From NCBI GenBank assembly GCA_000004695.1, contig CM000150.2, forward strand, positions 480,001-544,000: DNA of 64,000 nt, read 5' to 3'. The notes under the pieces were generated by a model that worked only from the letters and a program-made list of their open reading frames with translations, was not told the origin of the DNA and did not search any database. This DNA comes from Dictyostelium discoideum. Its lineage: Eukaryota. The position numbers were made by a program, and so were the translations under genes. Of the stretch, positions 1 through 13,509 are shown piece by piece (position 1 is the stretch's first letter; the number at the start of each line of letters is the position of its first letter).

Positions 1-49
<49 letters not shown>

Positions 50-1596
50 TTTAATTATTTTTATTATTATTATTTAAATAATTGTTTCGTTTTTTTTTTT
101 TAATTATTATTTTTTTTTGTTATTTTTTTTTTTTTTTTTTAATAAATATTATTTGTTTTAATGGTACAGTTTTAATTATTATGAAAGTTATTATTATTAC
201 TATTGATTTATTATAATTATAATTGTAACCAATAAAGATTTAAAAAAAAAAAAAAAAAATATTTCCAAAAAAAAAAAAATAAAATAAAATAAATTAAAAT
301 AGGAAAATAATTATTTAAAAAAAAAAAAAATTAAAATTAAAATAACTATGGTGTAAGGTTAATTTTTTATTATTACTACAAAGTCTTTTTATTTTGTGTA
401 TATGGACTTTGGAAAAAAAAAAAAAAAAAAAAAAAAAAGTTTTTTTGAAAAATACTATTTATTACTAAGGCTTAAAAATTCCCAAAAAAAGAATTTTAAA
501 AAAAAAAAAAAAAAAAATATTTACAAAAAATAGTTTTTTATTTTTTATTTTTTTTTATTTTTTTTTTTTTTTATTTTTTTTTAAATTAGAAAAAAAAAAA
601 AAAATAAAAAAAAAAATAAAATGAAAAAAAAAAAAAAAGAGAAATAAAAAAAAAAAAAAAAAAAAAAAATAATAACCTTAAAGGTATAATTTTTGGTTTT
701 AATAATGTCGGCACCATAATGATTGATTAAAAAGTTTTAAAACAATATTTTATTTTATTTGGAAAATGATTTATTTTAATTTGATAGAAAGTTAAAATTT
801 GGGAAAAAAAAAAAAAAAAAAAAAAAAAAAAGATACACAAATTTAATTACCTTTTTTTTTTTTTTTTTTTCCAAATTTTAACTTTCTATTCTTTAATTTT
901 TTTTTTTTTTTTTTTTTTTATTTATTAATATTATTATTATTATTATATTATTATTATTATTATATTATTATTATTTAAAATTGTATATTTATTAATAATT
1001 ATGGCAAAGATTGTAAGGACCAAGTTTATTTATATTATTGTCGAGACTATTTAATTAAAATAATTTAAAAAAAAAAAATAAAAAATAAAAATTAAAAAAA
1101 AAAAAAAAGGGTAAAAAAAATAAGGATATTTTTTTTTTGATTTATAAAGAGTCTCAACAAAAAAAAAAAAAAATAAAAAAAATAATTAAAAAAAAAAAAG
1201 AAATAAAAATAAAAAATTGGATATTGTTTTTTTAAAATAAAAAATTCAAAAAAAAAATAAAAAAACAAAAAATAAAAAAAATAAATAATGGTAAATTAAT
1301 TTTCAATAATAGAAAATTTATTATCAATATTGAATTAAAAAAGGAATTTATTTTTATTTTTATTTTTTTTTTCCAATGATCACCGCACCTCAAAAACCTT
1401 TTTTCAATTACCATTATTATATTTTTAAAAATAAATCTAAACAGAAAAGGGTAAAATATTGAAAATTAAATGGGATAATAAAAGAAGATTTTTTAAAATT
1501 AAAAATTAAAAACTAAAAAATAAAAAATAAAAAATAAAATAATAAATTGTAAATTATAATTTGCAGAGGGAAAGGGTTAATTTGTTTAATAATAAT

Positions 1597-1647
<51 letters not shown>

Positions 1648-1684
1648 TTTATTTTTTACTATTTTTTATTATTTTTAAATTATT

Positions 1685-3244
1685 TTAAATTAAACCTGGT
1701 AAAACGACATATGGAACTCTACGACAATATTCTTTCCATAACTCACCATATTTCTTTGAACATTTTTGATGATCTCTCCATTGACGATGAGAATTGAGTA
1801 CAACCAAATAAATTGGATATAAATAAACAATTGGAGTATTGAATAAACATGGGAATGAGAATGAGAATGCAACAATCCAATCACCAAGGTAATTTGGTTT
1901 TCTTAAAATACCCCAAAAACCTGATACCAATAATTTTCCAGCAATTGTTTCTGGTTTTTTACCCCAAATTAATGATTTTGGATTAGTTTTGAATTGATGT
2001 TTTTGTGAATTTGAACTAAATAGAAATAAAATAAAATAAAATAAAATAAAATAAAATAAAATAAAATAAAATAAAATAAAATAAAATAAAATAATAATAA
2101 AAAAATTAATATTTAGATCATATTTTAAAAAAAATAAAAAAAATAAAACATACATTCTAAAAACAGCAAAACCAATTGCGAAAATAGTTGAAATAATAAT
2201 CATTTGAATTGGAGTTAAATGAATTCTATTGTAAAGTAAAAACCATGGTTGAACTGCAAACATGAAACCTATTAAAATAAAATAAAATAAAATAAAAAAT
2301 TAATTAATAAATTTTGAATTGAAAAGAGAAAAAAATAAAAAAATATAAAAAAAAACTTACAAATCCAAACAAGATCACCCCAAATAAGCATAAAACCCCA
2401 ATTTTCAGCAATAATATCCCAAGTTGAAAGCATACATTCTTCAAAATAGAAATAATCAAATGCATAAATAAAAGTGAAAATTTGATATAAAATCATACCA
2501 GTTGATAATGATCCATAAACTTTATATTCTTGTGCAGCTAATGAAAAATTAACCATAATCCAACCCATTAATGCTGGTCTTAATGCAAAGAATTTCAAAT
2601 CTAATCCTGCAAATCTTGGATTTAATTCAACACCTAAAAATAAATCATGAATTAAATTACCTTCTCTTTTACCCTGTATATGTTTAAAAATAAATATTTA
2701 GAATTTAGGGGGGGGGCTAATAAATAAAATTTTAAAAAAAACTTACTCTACCAGATGTAATACCAGTAATGAATAATGTAATTGTTAAGAGAGTTGCAAA
2801 AATATTAACAGTTGTAAAGATTGGACCAAAATGATCATATACAAGAGTTGGTTCAAACCATTTCATATAGTATGAACCAAAGAAAAAGAAACCAATTAAA
2901 CAAAAGAATAAATTTAAACCATTGATTTTATATGTGAGTCTTTTAGTTTGATCATAAATTAATGGTTGACCTTTAACATATTTACCTGGTACAATATGTG
3001 AACCAACACCTAAGAAAATTAAAAATGATGAAAAAATCAAAACCTAAAGAATAAAAAACACACACACACACAAAAATTAAAAATAGAATTAGATATTTTT
3101 TTTTTTTTTTTTTTTTTGTCCGACCCAATTTTTTAATTATTAATAATATTTTACAGATTCATAGGTTGGTGCTCTCCAACTTGTTAACATGCCTGGTAAG
3201 GCAAAGATTGAAAAATCTTCACTAAATGGTAAACCTTGTAACAT
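1685..3244 (-). CDS. Sterol reductase of the ERG4/ERG24/DHCR7 family, five exons: complement(join(1685..2015,2154..2268,2361..2673,2747..3043,3155..3244)), about 381 aa
   Basis: Translation contains GNLIHDLFLGVELNPR (the GN-IYD-F-G-ELNPR sterol reductase motif) and the C-terminal signature LLVSGFWGILRKPNYLGDW. It ends ...CRRVPYVVLPGLI, which resembles the DHCR7 C-terminus. Introns are bounded by GTAAGT/GTATGT...AG. First exon (MLQGLPFSEDF...) uses an unusual GTAAAA donor and is less certain. Confidence 0.75.
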
Positions 3245-4011
3245 TGTTTAGTTTTTTGTGGTATTTTACAATTATCAAAAAAAAAAAAAAAAAAAAATTT
3301 AAAAAAATTTAAAAACGATGGGATTTTTAAAAAAAAAAAATAAAAAAAAAATAAATTCAAAAAAAAAAAATTATATTTATTTTTGTTGATTTTTTAAACT
3401 TTCCCATTAAATATTTAAAAAAATCAAATAATTCAGAAAAACAATTTAAAAGGAATTTAATTGATTTTTTACATGTAGAAATATAAAGGAAACAACACAA
3501 CTTTACCATCCTAACTATGAAATGAAAGAATATAGTAGGTCTTTCAATAAAGGTGAAGATATCTAGCTAATAATAATAATAATAATAATAATAATATCGC
3601 AAGGTATCAAGACTTTAAGAGATTACTTTATTGGATCTTATCTTTGGAGGTACCTCCAAATTAATTTTTTTTATTACAACAATTAAAAAACATTGAAATT
3701 TTACCAACAAAAACAAAATAATAAAAAAATATCAAATAATGAGTATTTTTTTTTATAATGTTTATTGATTTAAATTTCATTTTATTTTATTTTATATATA
3801 AGTACTAAATTTTAAAATCTAGATCCTTTTTTTTTTTTTGTTTTTTATTTCTTAGTTAATATTTTTTTTATATTTATCAATTTTGTTTTTTTTTTTTTTT
3901 AATAATTTTTTTTTTTTTTTTTTTTTTTTCATTTTTTACTTTTTCACTTTTTTTATATTTTTTTATTTCATTTTTCATTTTTCAAAATTTAAAAAAAAAA
4001 AAAATCAGATA

Positions 4012-4928
4012 ATGGATAATAATAATAATAATAATAATAATTTAATAAATCAACAAGAAATTTGTTTAGAATTAATTAAAAAAATTAAAAATGATATTAT
4101 AGAAAAATATGAAAATAAAGAAGTTGATAAAGATTATTTAATGGAAATGATGTTTCAATTAAAAGAACAACATTCAAAATTGGAACAATTAATTGAGGAT
4201 CAACATTGGAGACCAATTAAAGAAATCATTGAAAATATTAATCAATCAAATAATAAATTGGAATCATTTAAATATGAGAAAATAATGTTGGAATCTGAAA
4301 TCAATGATTTACGTAAACTTCAATTCGATCTTTCTGATCCATCACTTGGTATAACTCCACTTGAAAAATTCTTATCATTTCAATCACCACAATATATTGA
4401 ATCTTTTAATTCTAAACCAAAAGAAAAACAATCAATTGAAAGATTAGAATGGGAAATTTATCAAAGAAAATTGTAATTTCAAAAATAAAAAAAAAAAAAT
4501 AAAAAAAAAATAAAAAATTTTACTAATATTTTTTATTATTATTATTACTACTATTAGAAAATTAATAGAATTGGAAAAATTAAAAAAATTAAAAATTAAA
4601 CTAAAACAAGATGATGAAAAAGCAAATAATGAATTAAAACAATTTGAAGATAAATTAAAAGAAAATTTAAATGTAAAGAAAGCAGTCGAACCATTTCAAA
4701 AATTTATTGGAATTTTACCAGTTTCAAAAAATAATAATAATAATAATATAATTGGAAATCATCCACTTTTATTAGAATCACCTCAACCTTTATATATTTT
4801 ATATCATGAATTAGTTTACTTTAAAGAATTCTTTTTCAATGAAAATTTAACTGTAGAATTAATAAAAATTGAAAATAGTGATGAAAATAATGAAAGTGTT
4901 GAGAATAATACAATTAGTAATAATAATG

Positions 4929-5000
<72 letters not shown>

Positions 5001-5684
5001 TGAATGAAAATAGTATGAATGTAGATAATAATGATGATTATGACGATGATGACGATGATGGTAATAATTATAATAATTATAATAACAATAAATCAACGAA
5101 ATTAATTTCTCAAAGTGAAGTTTACATATCATTAAAAATTAAGAGTAAGTTGGTTTTTTTTTTATTTTACAAAATAACAAATATTAATATATACAGTACT
5201 TTTAGAGAACAAAAAAGATCTTTCAATTCAGTTTTATTATTATCCAAATTTAAAAATTGTAACAGTATTACCAAGCTTGGATGGTGATTTTGAAATGGGT
5301 CAAAAACTTTTAGAGAGTTTAGATAATTCTGATACTGGTTTAATGACTCCAAATTTATCAAATCATTTCATATTCGAAAGGTGAGTAATTATAATAAATA
5401 ATAATAATAATAATAATAATAATATTAATAAATAATAATAAAAAATAATATCCACTAACACTACTATCACCTTTTATTTATAAAATAGTTTTGGAAAAGA
5501 TTTATTTAAATTAGATGAACACAATTTAAAGGGAAGACCCTATAAATGGGTTCAATTTATTACTGGTTTATCATTTTTACCTGAAATTACAACAGACAAT
5601 ATGAAAGATAAAAGTTTTCAATTACACAATTTCCAACCTAAAACATCACATAAAATATTATTTGAAATAATAAATTCCCTTTAA
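4012..5684 (+). CDS. Hypothetical coiled-coil protein, four exons: join(4012..4472,4558..5144,5266..5380,5489..5684), about 452 aa
   Basis: ATG at 4012. ORF-track pieces 3883..4476 and 4571..5287 join in frame through GTAATT...TAG and GTAAGT...ACAG introns. K/E-rich heptad-like sequence plus a poly-N/D-rich low-complexity insert. No recognisable catalytic motif. Confidence 0.45.
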
Positions 5685-5944
5685 AAAAAAAATATTCGAT
5701 TTCTTTAAAAAAACAAAACAAAACAAAACCCGATTTCTTTTTTTTTAAAAAAAAAAAAAAAAGAAAAAAACAAAACTCATTTTGTAAAAAATAATCCCAT
5801 AAAATCTAACCTGTTTTTATACCCTTTGCTAAATAAAGGAAAAACAAAAAAAAAAAAATAAAAAACCTAAAAATCAACACCTAAAATCTATTTTGTTTTA
5901 ACTTTTTTATCAAAACCCTCTATTTATTTAAAATCGTGATTAAT

Positions 5945-6391
5945 TTACTTTTTGTTAGAGTCAACTTGGACAGTTGGGATTGACTATAAAAAGAAGAGAG
6001 AGAAAGATTAGTATTTGTTTTGTGTCGTGTTTGTGTTTTTTTGATTGTTTTATACATACTGGTGGGAGAGTTTGCATTAATTTGGCAGCTTTGGCGTTAT
6101 CAGCAACTCTTAAAGTGTAAAGGTATCTACCACATCTAACTTTGAATTTAGTGAGGTTTTTGCCAACTTTTTTGATTCTGATTTCCTTGGCATCTTTATT
6201 TCTAACGGTGACTAAAAAGTCTTTGATTTCACGGATTTCTCTTGGCTATATTATTCGATTGTGGATTGAAATGATTGGTGTGGATTGTGATGATTGAGTA
6301 TATTGATTGTTGATTGATTGATTGATGATAATTATTTATTTTAAATTATTTAATGTAAAGTTATAATATGTATATGTTAGTTAAATACCAT
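5945..6391 (-). CDS. rpl38: 60S ribosomal protein L38, complement(join(5945..5983,6060..6245,6389..6391)); first exon is the ATG alone
   Basis: Exon 2 translates to [62 protein letters not shown], closely matching eukaryotic RPL38 ([27 protein letters not shown]...KFKVRCSRYLYTL...LPPG). A 39-nt last exon encodes [12 protein letters not shown]. An intron directly after ATG is common in Dictyostelium ribosomal protein genes. Confidence 0.8.
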
Positions 6392-7278
6392 TTTAAAAGG
6401 ATGAAAAAAGAGATTATCTATCAATAATCTTCAAAGGAATATGTGACATAGTGATAGATTGAAAAAAGAGATAAAAGATACCAACCATTTTGATATGTGG
6501 CGAATAAACGAAAAATTAAGAAAAAAAAAAAAAAATTTTGACGCCTCAATTTTTACGACATAAAAATTAATTTTCATGTACTCCCGCACACACCTTTTTT
6601 TTACATGCGGGAATAATAACGTTGGTTTTTTTTTTTTTTTCAATTTTTTTTTTTTTTTTTTTTCAAACTAACTTATTTTATTTTTCCAATCCAATAAACT
6701 TTTTTTTATTTTTTTATTTTAAATTAAATTAAAAAATATAATATATGAAAATTTTTAGATTATTTATAATTATTATTTTATTTTTTTTAAAGATTTAAAT
6801 AGGTTTTTTATTTTTTTTTTTTTTTTTTTATATATTTTTATATATTTTTTTCTTATTCTTTATTATTTTTTTTTTTTTTTTAATTTAGTTTATTTGAGTG
6901 CTCTAAGTATTGGATAGAAACTTTGATTTAGGTTATTCTTTCTTGGGTTTTCTCTTCTTTTGATTAATTGGTTAATTAGGTGAGTCACAAAAAATTTGAG
7001 TACATGGTTTGGAAACTTCAATATTGTTTTGAAGTAAACTTGAATCTTCCTCAACTTGTTTGAGCACTGCAATTGGAATTATCTTCAAATTCTTGAATAT
7101 TTAAAAGTTTGAAAAAAAAAACAGGGAGAAATTATTCGATACCATTTGTTTTTTTTTTCTTAATTCAAAGCCAATACAATTAGCATACTTCTTAATCTAT
7201 TATAAAATAAAAAATAAATTTAACAAAATAAATAATAAATAAATAAAAACAAAATAAATTTAAAGAAAAAAAAAAGAC

Positions 7279-7316
<38 letters not shown>

Positions 7317-7553
7317 GTATATATTTAAAGGTTTATTTGTTTTGTTTTTATTTTTTTAGTTTTTAATTTTTTTTTTTTTTGTTTTTTTTTAGTTATTTCT
7401 TTACAATAATATTATATGCATGGTTAATTCCAATCATTATTTAAATATTCGAAAATTATCCCTCTGTTGAAAGTTTTATATATAAAAAAAAAAAAAAAAA
7501 GAACAAAATTAGTAAAATGAATAAATTTAAAACTATTATTATTATTTAAAAGT

Positions 7554-8497
7554 TTAATTACCCCAGAATCTTGGTAAATTATTTCCAGGAATCATTTTAC
7601 GTTCTACACCGTTTTTGTCGATAATACATAATCTAATTACACCACCAGATGAACCATCTCTGAACATAGCAAGAGCCAATGCTATGATTATTTTTTTTAA
7701 AAAAAAAAAAAAAATGTTAGAATGAAAATAAATTAAATAAAGCAATAATAAAAATAATAAAAAAAATTGAATGAATATGGAGGAGGGAACTTACAATTTT
7801 GAACAAATTCAATACATTCATCTTTAGTCATTTTTGGTTTAAATTTGGAATCACAATAACCATAAATATAGGTTGAACCTGAACCACCAATAGCAAATGG
7901 TTGTTTAACCATTGAACCTCCAAGCGAAATATTGTATACACTACCACCTTGATGTTTATCCCAACCAGCTACAATAATACCAGCCATTAAATTGTTTTTA
8001 TTACTATAACATAATAATTGGAAAAGACTTGCTGCGGTTTTTACATCTGGTTCATCACATAATTCTGAACTATATATATATATATACAAATAAATAAATA
8101 ATAAAAAATAAAAAAAAAATAATTGATTAATAAATTTGATTTTTATATTTTTATTAAATATTTAATAAAAACATACGTATGCATTTCAAGATAATATCTA
8201 ACATAATCAGAAATTGCTTGAGTATCAGCAGCTGAACCTGATCTACAACAATAAATTCTTTCATGAATTGGGGTAATTTTGTTTGTAACTCTATTTGCGA
8301 TATATGCACCAGTGGTAGTTCTTGAATCTGCACCCATAATAACACCACCATCATATTCTACTGCCATAATAGAAGTCTAAATAAATAATAAATAATTAAT
8401 ATATAAAATAAAATATAAAATTTAAAAAAAAATAATGAAATTATAAAAAACTTACACCTAAATCAACGGCATTATCTAACCATTCAGGGGCCTCCAT
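7554..8497 (-). CDS. psmB6: Proteasome subunit beta type-6 (beta-1), complement(join(7554..7681,7795..8069,8177..8376,8456..8497)), 214 aa
   Basis: [14 protein letters not shown]|[54 protein letters not shown]...[21 protein letters not shown]...[17 protein letters not shown]... aligns along its length with human PSMB6, including the Thr1 active-site context. All four exon junctions keep frame with GTAAGT/GTATGT donors. Confidence 0.85.
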
Positions 8498-8891
8498 TAT
8501 TTAATATATTTAATAAATATATATATAAATTTATATATATATAAATGTGAATAATTTAATAAAGAAAAAAAAAAATATAAATGAAAATTTTTTAAATTTT
8601 TTTTTTTTTGATGAAGTTGACAAAAAAAAAAAAAAAAATTAAAAAAAAAAAATTAAAAAAAAATAAAAAAAAATTAAAAAAAATAAAATTAAAATTAATT
8701 AAAAATGTGTTGTTCACTTTTTTTTTTTTTTTTTTTTTTAATTTTTTTTTTTAATTTTACCTTACAATTCTTATTTTATTTTTTTATTTTATTCTATTTT
8801 TAATTTAGATCAAAACAGTGTTTTATATAAAATTTCATATTTTATTTTATTTTTTTTATTTTTTTATTTTTTTATTTTAATTTTTTATTTT

Positions 8892-8922
<31 letters not shown>

Positions 8923-10112
8923 TTAATTAAGATCAAATGGTGTTTTATATGAAATATCATATATTTTCCAATCAAAAGCATCAACAGGTGAAACCCAATT
9001 TACTTTAATGGTGACAGGACAATGTTTTTGATTTAATTTATACTTTTCAGAGGTGACTAAATAAAATGCTTCAATTTTAATAGTTTCACCAAAATCTTTA
9101 TCAGACTCTAATGTGAGTGCAGTGATTGGTTGAAAATCGAAATTATCAATATCTATATCATTTGCATTGAATTTAAATTCATCATTACCAGTTTCAATTG
9201 CATAGAATGAGTCACGTAATAATAATAAATTAACAATTCCAGGTTGACATGATAATTCTTGTAATTCCATTGATTTACCTTCTTTTGCAATTCTATAAAT
9301 TGTTTTTAATGCATTTTTTGAACCTATAATTAAATAAATATTAATATTATTATTATTATTATTATTTTTCAATAATTAATTAATTGAATATAAATTTAAA
9401 TATAAATATAAATATAAATACTTTTTAAAAAATCATCTTTATCAAGAGTTGGATATAAAGGTTTTTTTGAATCTGAAAGAATTGCAGCATTCCATTGAAA
9501 ATTTTCAGCAAATCCTGATACTCTTGGGTGTGGTAAAATTAATAAGAATGGGTTATATTGGAATAGTTCATTGATTAATGGGGCACTAAAAAAGTGTGGT
9601 GGAATAACAGGAGTATCTCTAATTGGTGTATAACGATGTAGATATTCTGCCAATGAAAGATTTGCTGCTAAACCATAGCCACCTTTATATTGCTTTGATT
9701 TAACTAATGCTTCTAATAATATATATTCTGGATTATCATCATTTCTATCCTCTAAAATACTTTCATTTTTATCTGTACCTAATGGCATTAAATATTTATT
9801 ATCAAGTGATGGTTTTTCATCATCTTCATCCTCTTCATCTTCATCATCTTCTTCTTCTTCATGTTCATCAACAGCTTGTTTTTTTTTTTCATTTTCTTTT
9901 TTATTCTTTTCTAATTCATTTTCATCTTTTGAATTTTTATTTGGTTCATTTGATGATGAATAAAATCTTTTAATATTATTACTTTTATTATTGTAATTAT
10001 TATTATTATTATTAGTTAAACATATTGAAGTTGATTTTAATACATTTGTTGTATATAATCTTTTTAATATAAAAAATTTATTTTGGTTTTTAATTAGTTT
10101 AGTTGGAATCAT
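8923..10112 (-). CDS. Hypothetical mitochondrially targeted protein, complement(join(8923..9323,9422..10112)), about 363 aa; possibly a Tim44-like (MRPL45/Mba1-type) domain
   Basis: Basic amphipathic N-terminus (MIPTKLIKNQNKFFILKRLYTTNVLKS), an acidic D/E stretch, and a conserved-looking C-terminal half. One GTATTT...ATAG intron joins the two ORF-track pieces in frame. Domain assignment is tentative. Confidence 0.45.
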
Positions 10113-10624
10113 TGTAGAAAATAAATAAATAAATAAAGAAAGAAAGAAAGGAAAGAATTAAATAAAAAAAAATAAAAATAAAAATTAAAATTAAAAAAAA
10201 AAATAAAAAAAAAATAAAAAAAAATGAAAAAAATTAATTTTTTTTTTTTTATTTTAAATTTAAAATTAATACAAAATGAAAAAAAAGGGTGCTTTTTTTT
10301 GATCTTCACCAAATTTAGTTATTTTAAATTTTTAGTTTGCCTCTTTTTTTTTTTTTCTTTTTTTTTTTTTCTATTTATATAAAAAATAAATAAATATTAA
10401 TTAATAATTTAAAAATTTAAAATTATTAATTAATATGTTATGAGTCATTATTTAAAAAAAAATTTTATTTTATTTTATTTTTTTTATTTTTTTTTTCAAA
10501 TTTTTTTTATTTTTTTTTATTATTCATTTTTAATTTTATTTCTTTCAAATATATAAAATAAAAATAAACATATATAAAAATAAATATATAAATAAATTTT
10601 GAACTTTATAAAAAAAATAAAAAA

Positions 10625-11661
10625 ATGAAATCAATATTTAAAGAAATTAATAATATTGAATATTCAATTAGGGATAGTTTTAAATCATTATCAGATTGTG
10701 CATCAATGTTGGAGATTCAAAATTTAAATACTCATATAAAATCAAATCTTGAAAAATTAAATCAATTATTAAAAGAAGCAAATGAAAAACTATATGAAGG
10801 AAATAATACAATTGAAATAGAACAATCTAAAAAAGAATTACAATTTCATAAAGAAGAATATGAAAAGTAATTATATTATATTGTTTTATATATTCCTTAT
10901 ATAAACATAATTACTAATTATTAATTATTATTATTATTATTAACAACAATAATAATAATAATAAAAAAAAATACAGTTTAAAAGTTTTACAAAGAAAAGC
11001 AAATTTACAAACTTCAAAGAATTTACAAGAGAAATATAAACAAAATAAAAAATTACTTTTATCTGGAAGTGAAAAAATTACACAACAATCAAGGTTTTAT
11101 TCAAATCAAAAGTATATTATTATACCAAATTAATTTTATTTATATATATATTACCAATATTATTTACTAATGGTATTGAAACTTTATATTTATTTATTTT
11201 AGTTCAAAAGCAGATTTATTAAAAACTTCAATATCATTAACAGATACACTCAAAAGAACTAGAAATTTTATGAATACTCAAGTTAGTAGAAGTTCTGATA
11301 TTTTACATGAAATAAGTTTGTATTTATTTTTATTTATATTTTATATAATATCACATTGAAAAAAAAAAATATTTATATATTAACATAAATAATTTCTTTT
11401 TTTTTAAAAAAAAAAAAAGATGAATCATCAAAGATTGTAGATAAAACAGTTAGTCAACAAAAAGAATATGAAAATATTACAACAGAAGGAAAATCATTAT
11501 TAACGAAATTAAAAAGAAGGGATATGACAGATAAACTGTTAATTTGGTTTGGTTTAATAGTTTTCTTATTGGTAGTTGTATACATTCTTAAAGTTAGATT
11601 TGGTACTCAAATTATAAATTGGATTTATAAATTAATTGGACCATCAATAATTAATAAATAA
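10625..11661 (+). CDS. Tail-anchored SNARE-like protein of the Sec20/BNIP1 family (putative), join(10625..10866,10977..11093,11203..11315,11420..11661), about 237 aa
   Basis: Four small exons in consistent phase. Coiled-coil N-terminus and a SNARE-like segment (SKADLLKTSISLTDTLKRTRNFMNTQVSRSSDILHEI...). C-terminal single TM (LLIWFGLIVFLLVVVYIL) followed by a short lumenal tail. Length and topology fit BNIP1/Sec20. Confidence 0.4.
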
Positions 11662-11894
11662 TAATAAAAAATATATATATATATATAAATTTGTTGGTGT
11701 TTTTTTGACAACAAATTTATACTTTGTAACACTCACCCCACTCACAATTTTTTTTTAATTTTTCTAATTTTTTAATTTTTTTTTTGAATTTCACTTTTTT
11801 TTAATTTTTAATTTTTAATTTTTTTTTTTTTTTTTTTTTCAATGTCTGTCATTCATTTTACATTTAATGGGTTAGAAAAAAAAAAAAAAAGAGA

Positions 11895-12103
11895 ATGGGA
11901 TCAATAACACATAATAAAGGAAATCAAATTAAAAAGAAATTAGATTCATTTATTGGTATTTCAAATTGGGAATCATTATCAATTGAACATGATAATATTA
12001 ATCATCAATTAGATATTACATTACTTGCTATTATTAAAGATATTACAAATAAACCAGATTATTCTAGTTGTACTACTACTACTACTACTACTACTATTAC
12101 CAC

Positions 12104-12135
<32 letters not shown>

Positions 12136-13425
12136 TAAATAAAAATGAAGACAATAGTAATACTACTAATAATAATTTAATTAAATCAATTAATAAAGAA
12201 GTTGAAAATTCATCAGTTAATAATAATGGTTTCATTTCAATGAATCAACAAAAACAAAATTATCATTATAATATACCAACATCACTTAAAGATATTAAAT
12301 CAATAATTATTAAATCTCAAAAATTAAAAGGTCAATTACAATCTTTAAAACAAGTTTTTAAACAAAATATAATTATAAATAATCAAGAAGTAATTGAACA
12401 ACAAGTAGATGCTATTAAACAACAGCAACAGCAACAACAAGAACAACAACAAGAACAAGAACAAGAACAACAACAACAACAAGATGGTGAATCAATATCA
12501 TTATCATCATCAACATCATCAGGTATAACAATATCATCATTATCAAATATTGAATATAATCCAAGTATAGCATTTAAATTGGGTAAAGAATTTGTAATTG
12601 GTAATTTATTCATTGATCAAATTATATTATTTTTAGAATTTCTATATGGTATTGCATTAGAGATTGAAACTAATTTACAATATTGGGAATCAATTGAACC
12701 AACAATATACTATTTACAAAAGTCACCTTTATTTTGGTTAAAATATTATCATCAACAATTGAATAGAAGAATACAATTCTCAAATAAATTTAGTGAACTT
12801 CATAATTTAAAACAACCAAAACCAATACTTTATATTTCAAATCTTTTAAATAAAGTAAATTCTTTTATTTTAAATAAACAACCATCATCACAACAAGTCG
12901 AGCAACAACAACAACAACAACAAGAAAGAGATGAGCAACAACAACAACAACAACAACAACAGCAACAACAACAACAACATAATAATAGTCATCATCATCA
13001 TCATCATCGAAATGAAAATGAAAAAAAAAAGAAATCAAAAAGAATTAAACATCCAAAAATAGAATTATTAGATAAAATTCAAAAATTAAAATCATATCAA
13101 GTTGTAATTTCTGTTATTATTGGTAGATTAACATTTTTATTAGATTCTTTAAAAATTAATACAAATAATAACAATAACAACAACAACACTGCAGATAATA
13201 ATAATAATAATTTAAATGATAATGAATCAATTAAAAGATTTAGTGAATTAATGTCAAAATCAAGTATAATTATATTTGATTCATTATTATTATTTAATGA
13301 ATTATTTAAAAAGAATAAAGAATCAAATGATAATGATAAGAAAGTAGATGATGATGACGAATTAATTAAATTATCAAAAGATTTAATTAATGAAATTATT
13401 AATATTAGAAATGAAGATGGAGATC

Positions 13426-13509
<84 letters not shown>

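Noticed and set aside
1232-1797. Small ORFs in the first 1.6 kb and other AT-rich intergenic ORFs (1232..1414, 1561..1797, 6431..6643, 6890..7072, 10109..10312, 51442..51906, 52544..53165, 58837..59184, 61662..61998)
   Set aside because: Homopolymer-driven F/K/I-rich translations with no start context, no conservation signal, and composition identical to intergenic DNA.
3155-3244. Alternative first exon or start for the sterol reductase
   Set aside because: Kept as the best model (ATG plus 30 codons ending at a GTAAAA donor), but the non-consensus donor means the true 5' exon could lie elsewhere. Not reported as a separate feature.
6583-6612. GC-containing hairpin (cccgca...tgcggg) as a possible ncRNA or terminator
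   Set aside because: Only a 6-bp stem, no flanking conserved structure, and it lies in the rpl38 upstream region. More likely incidental or a promoter element. Mentioned under rpl38 instead.
8154-8354. ORF 8154..8354- (66 aa) overlapping the proteasome gene
   Set aside because: Alternative frame of psmB6 exon 2. The psmB6 frame has full-length homology, this one none.
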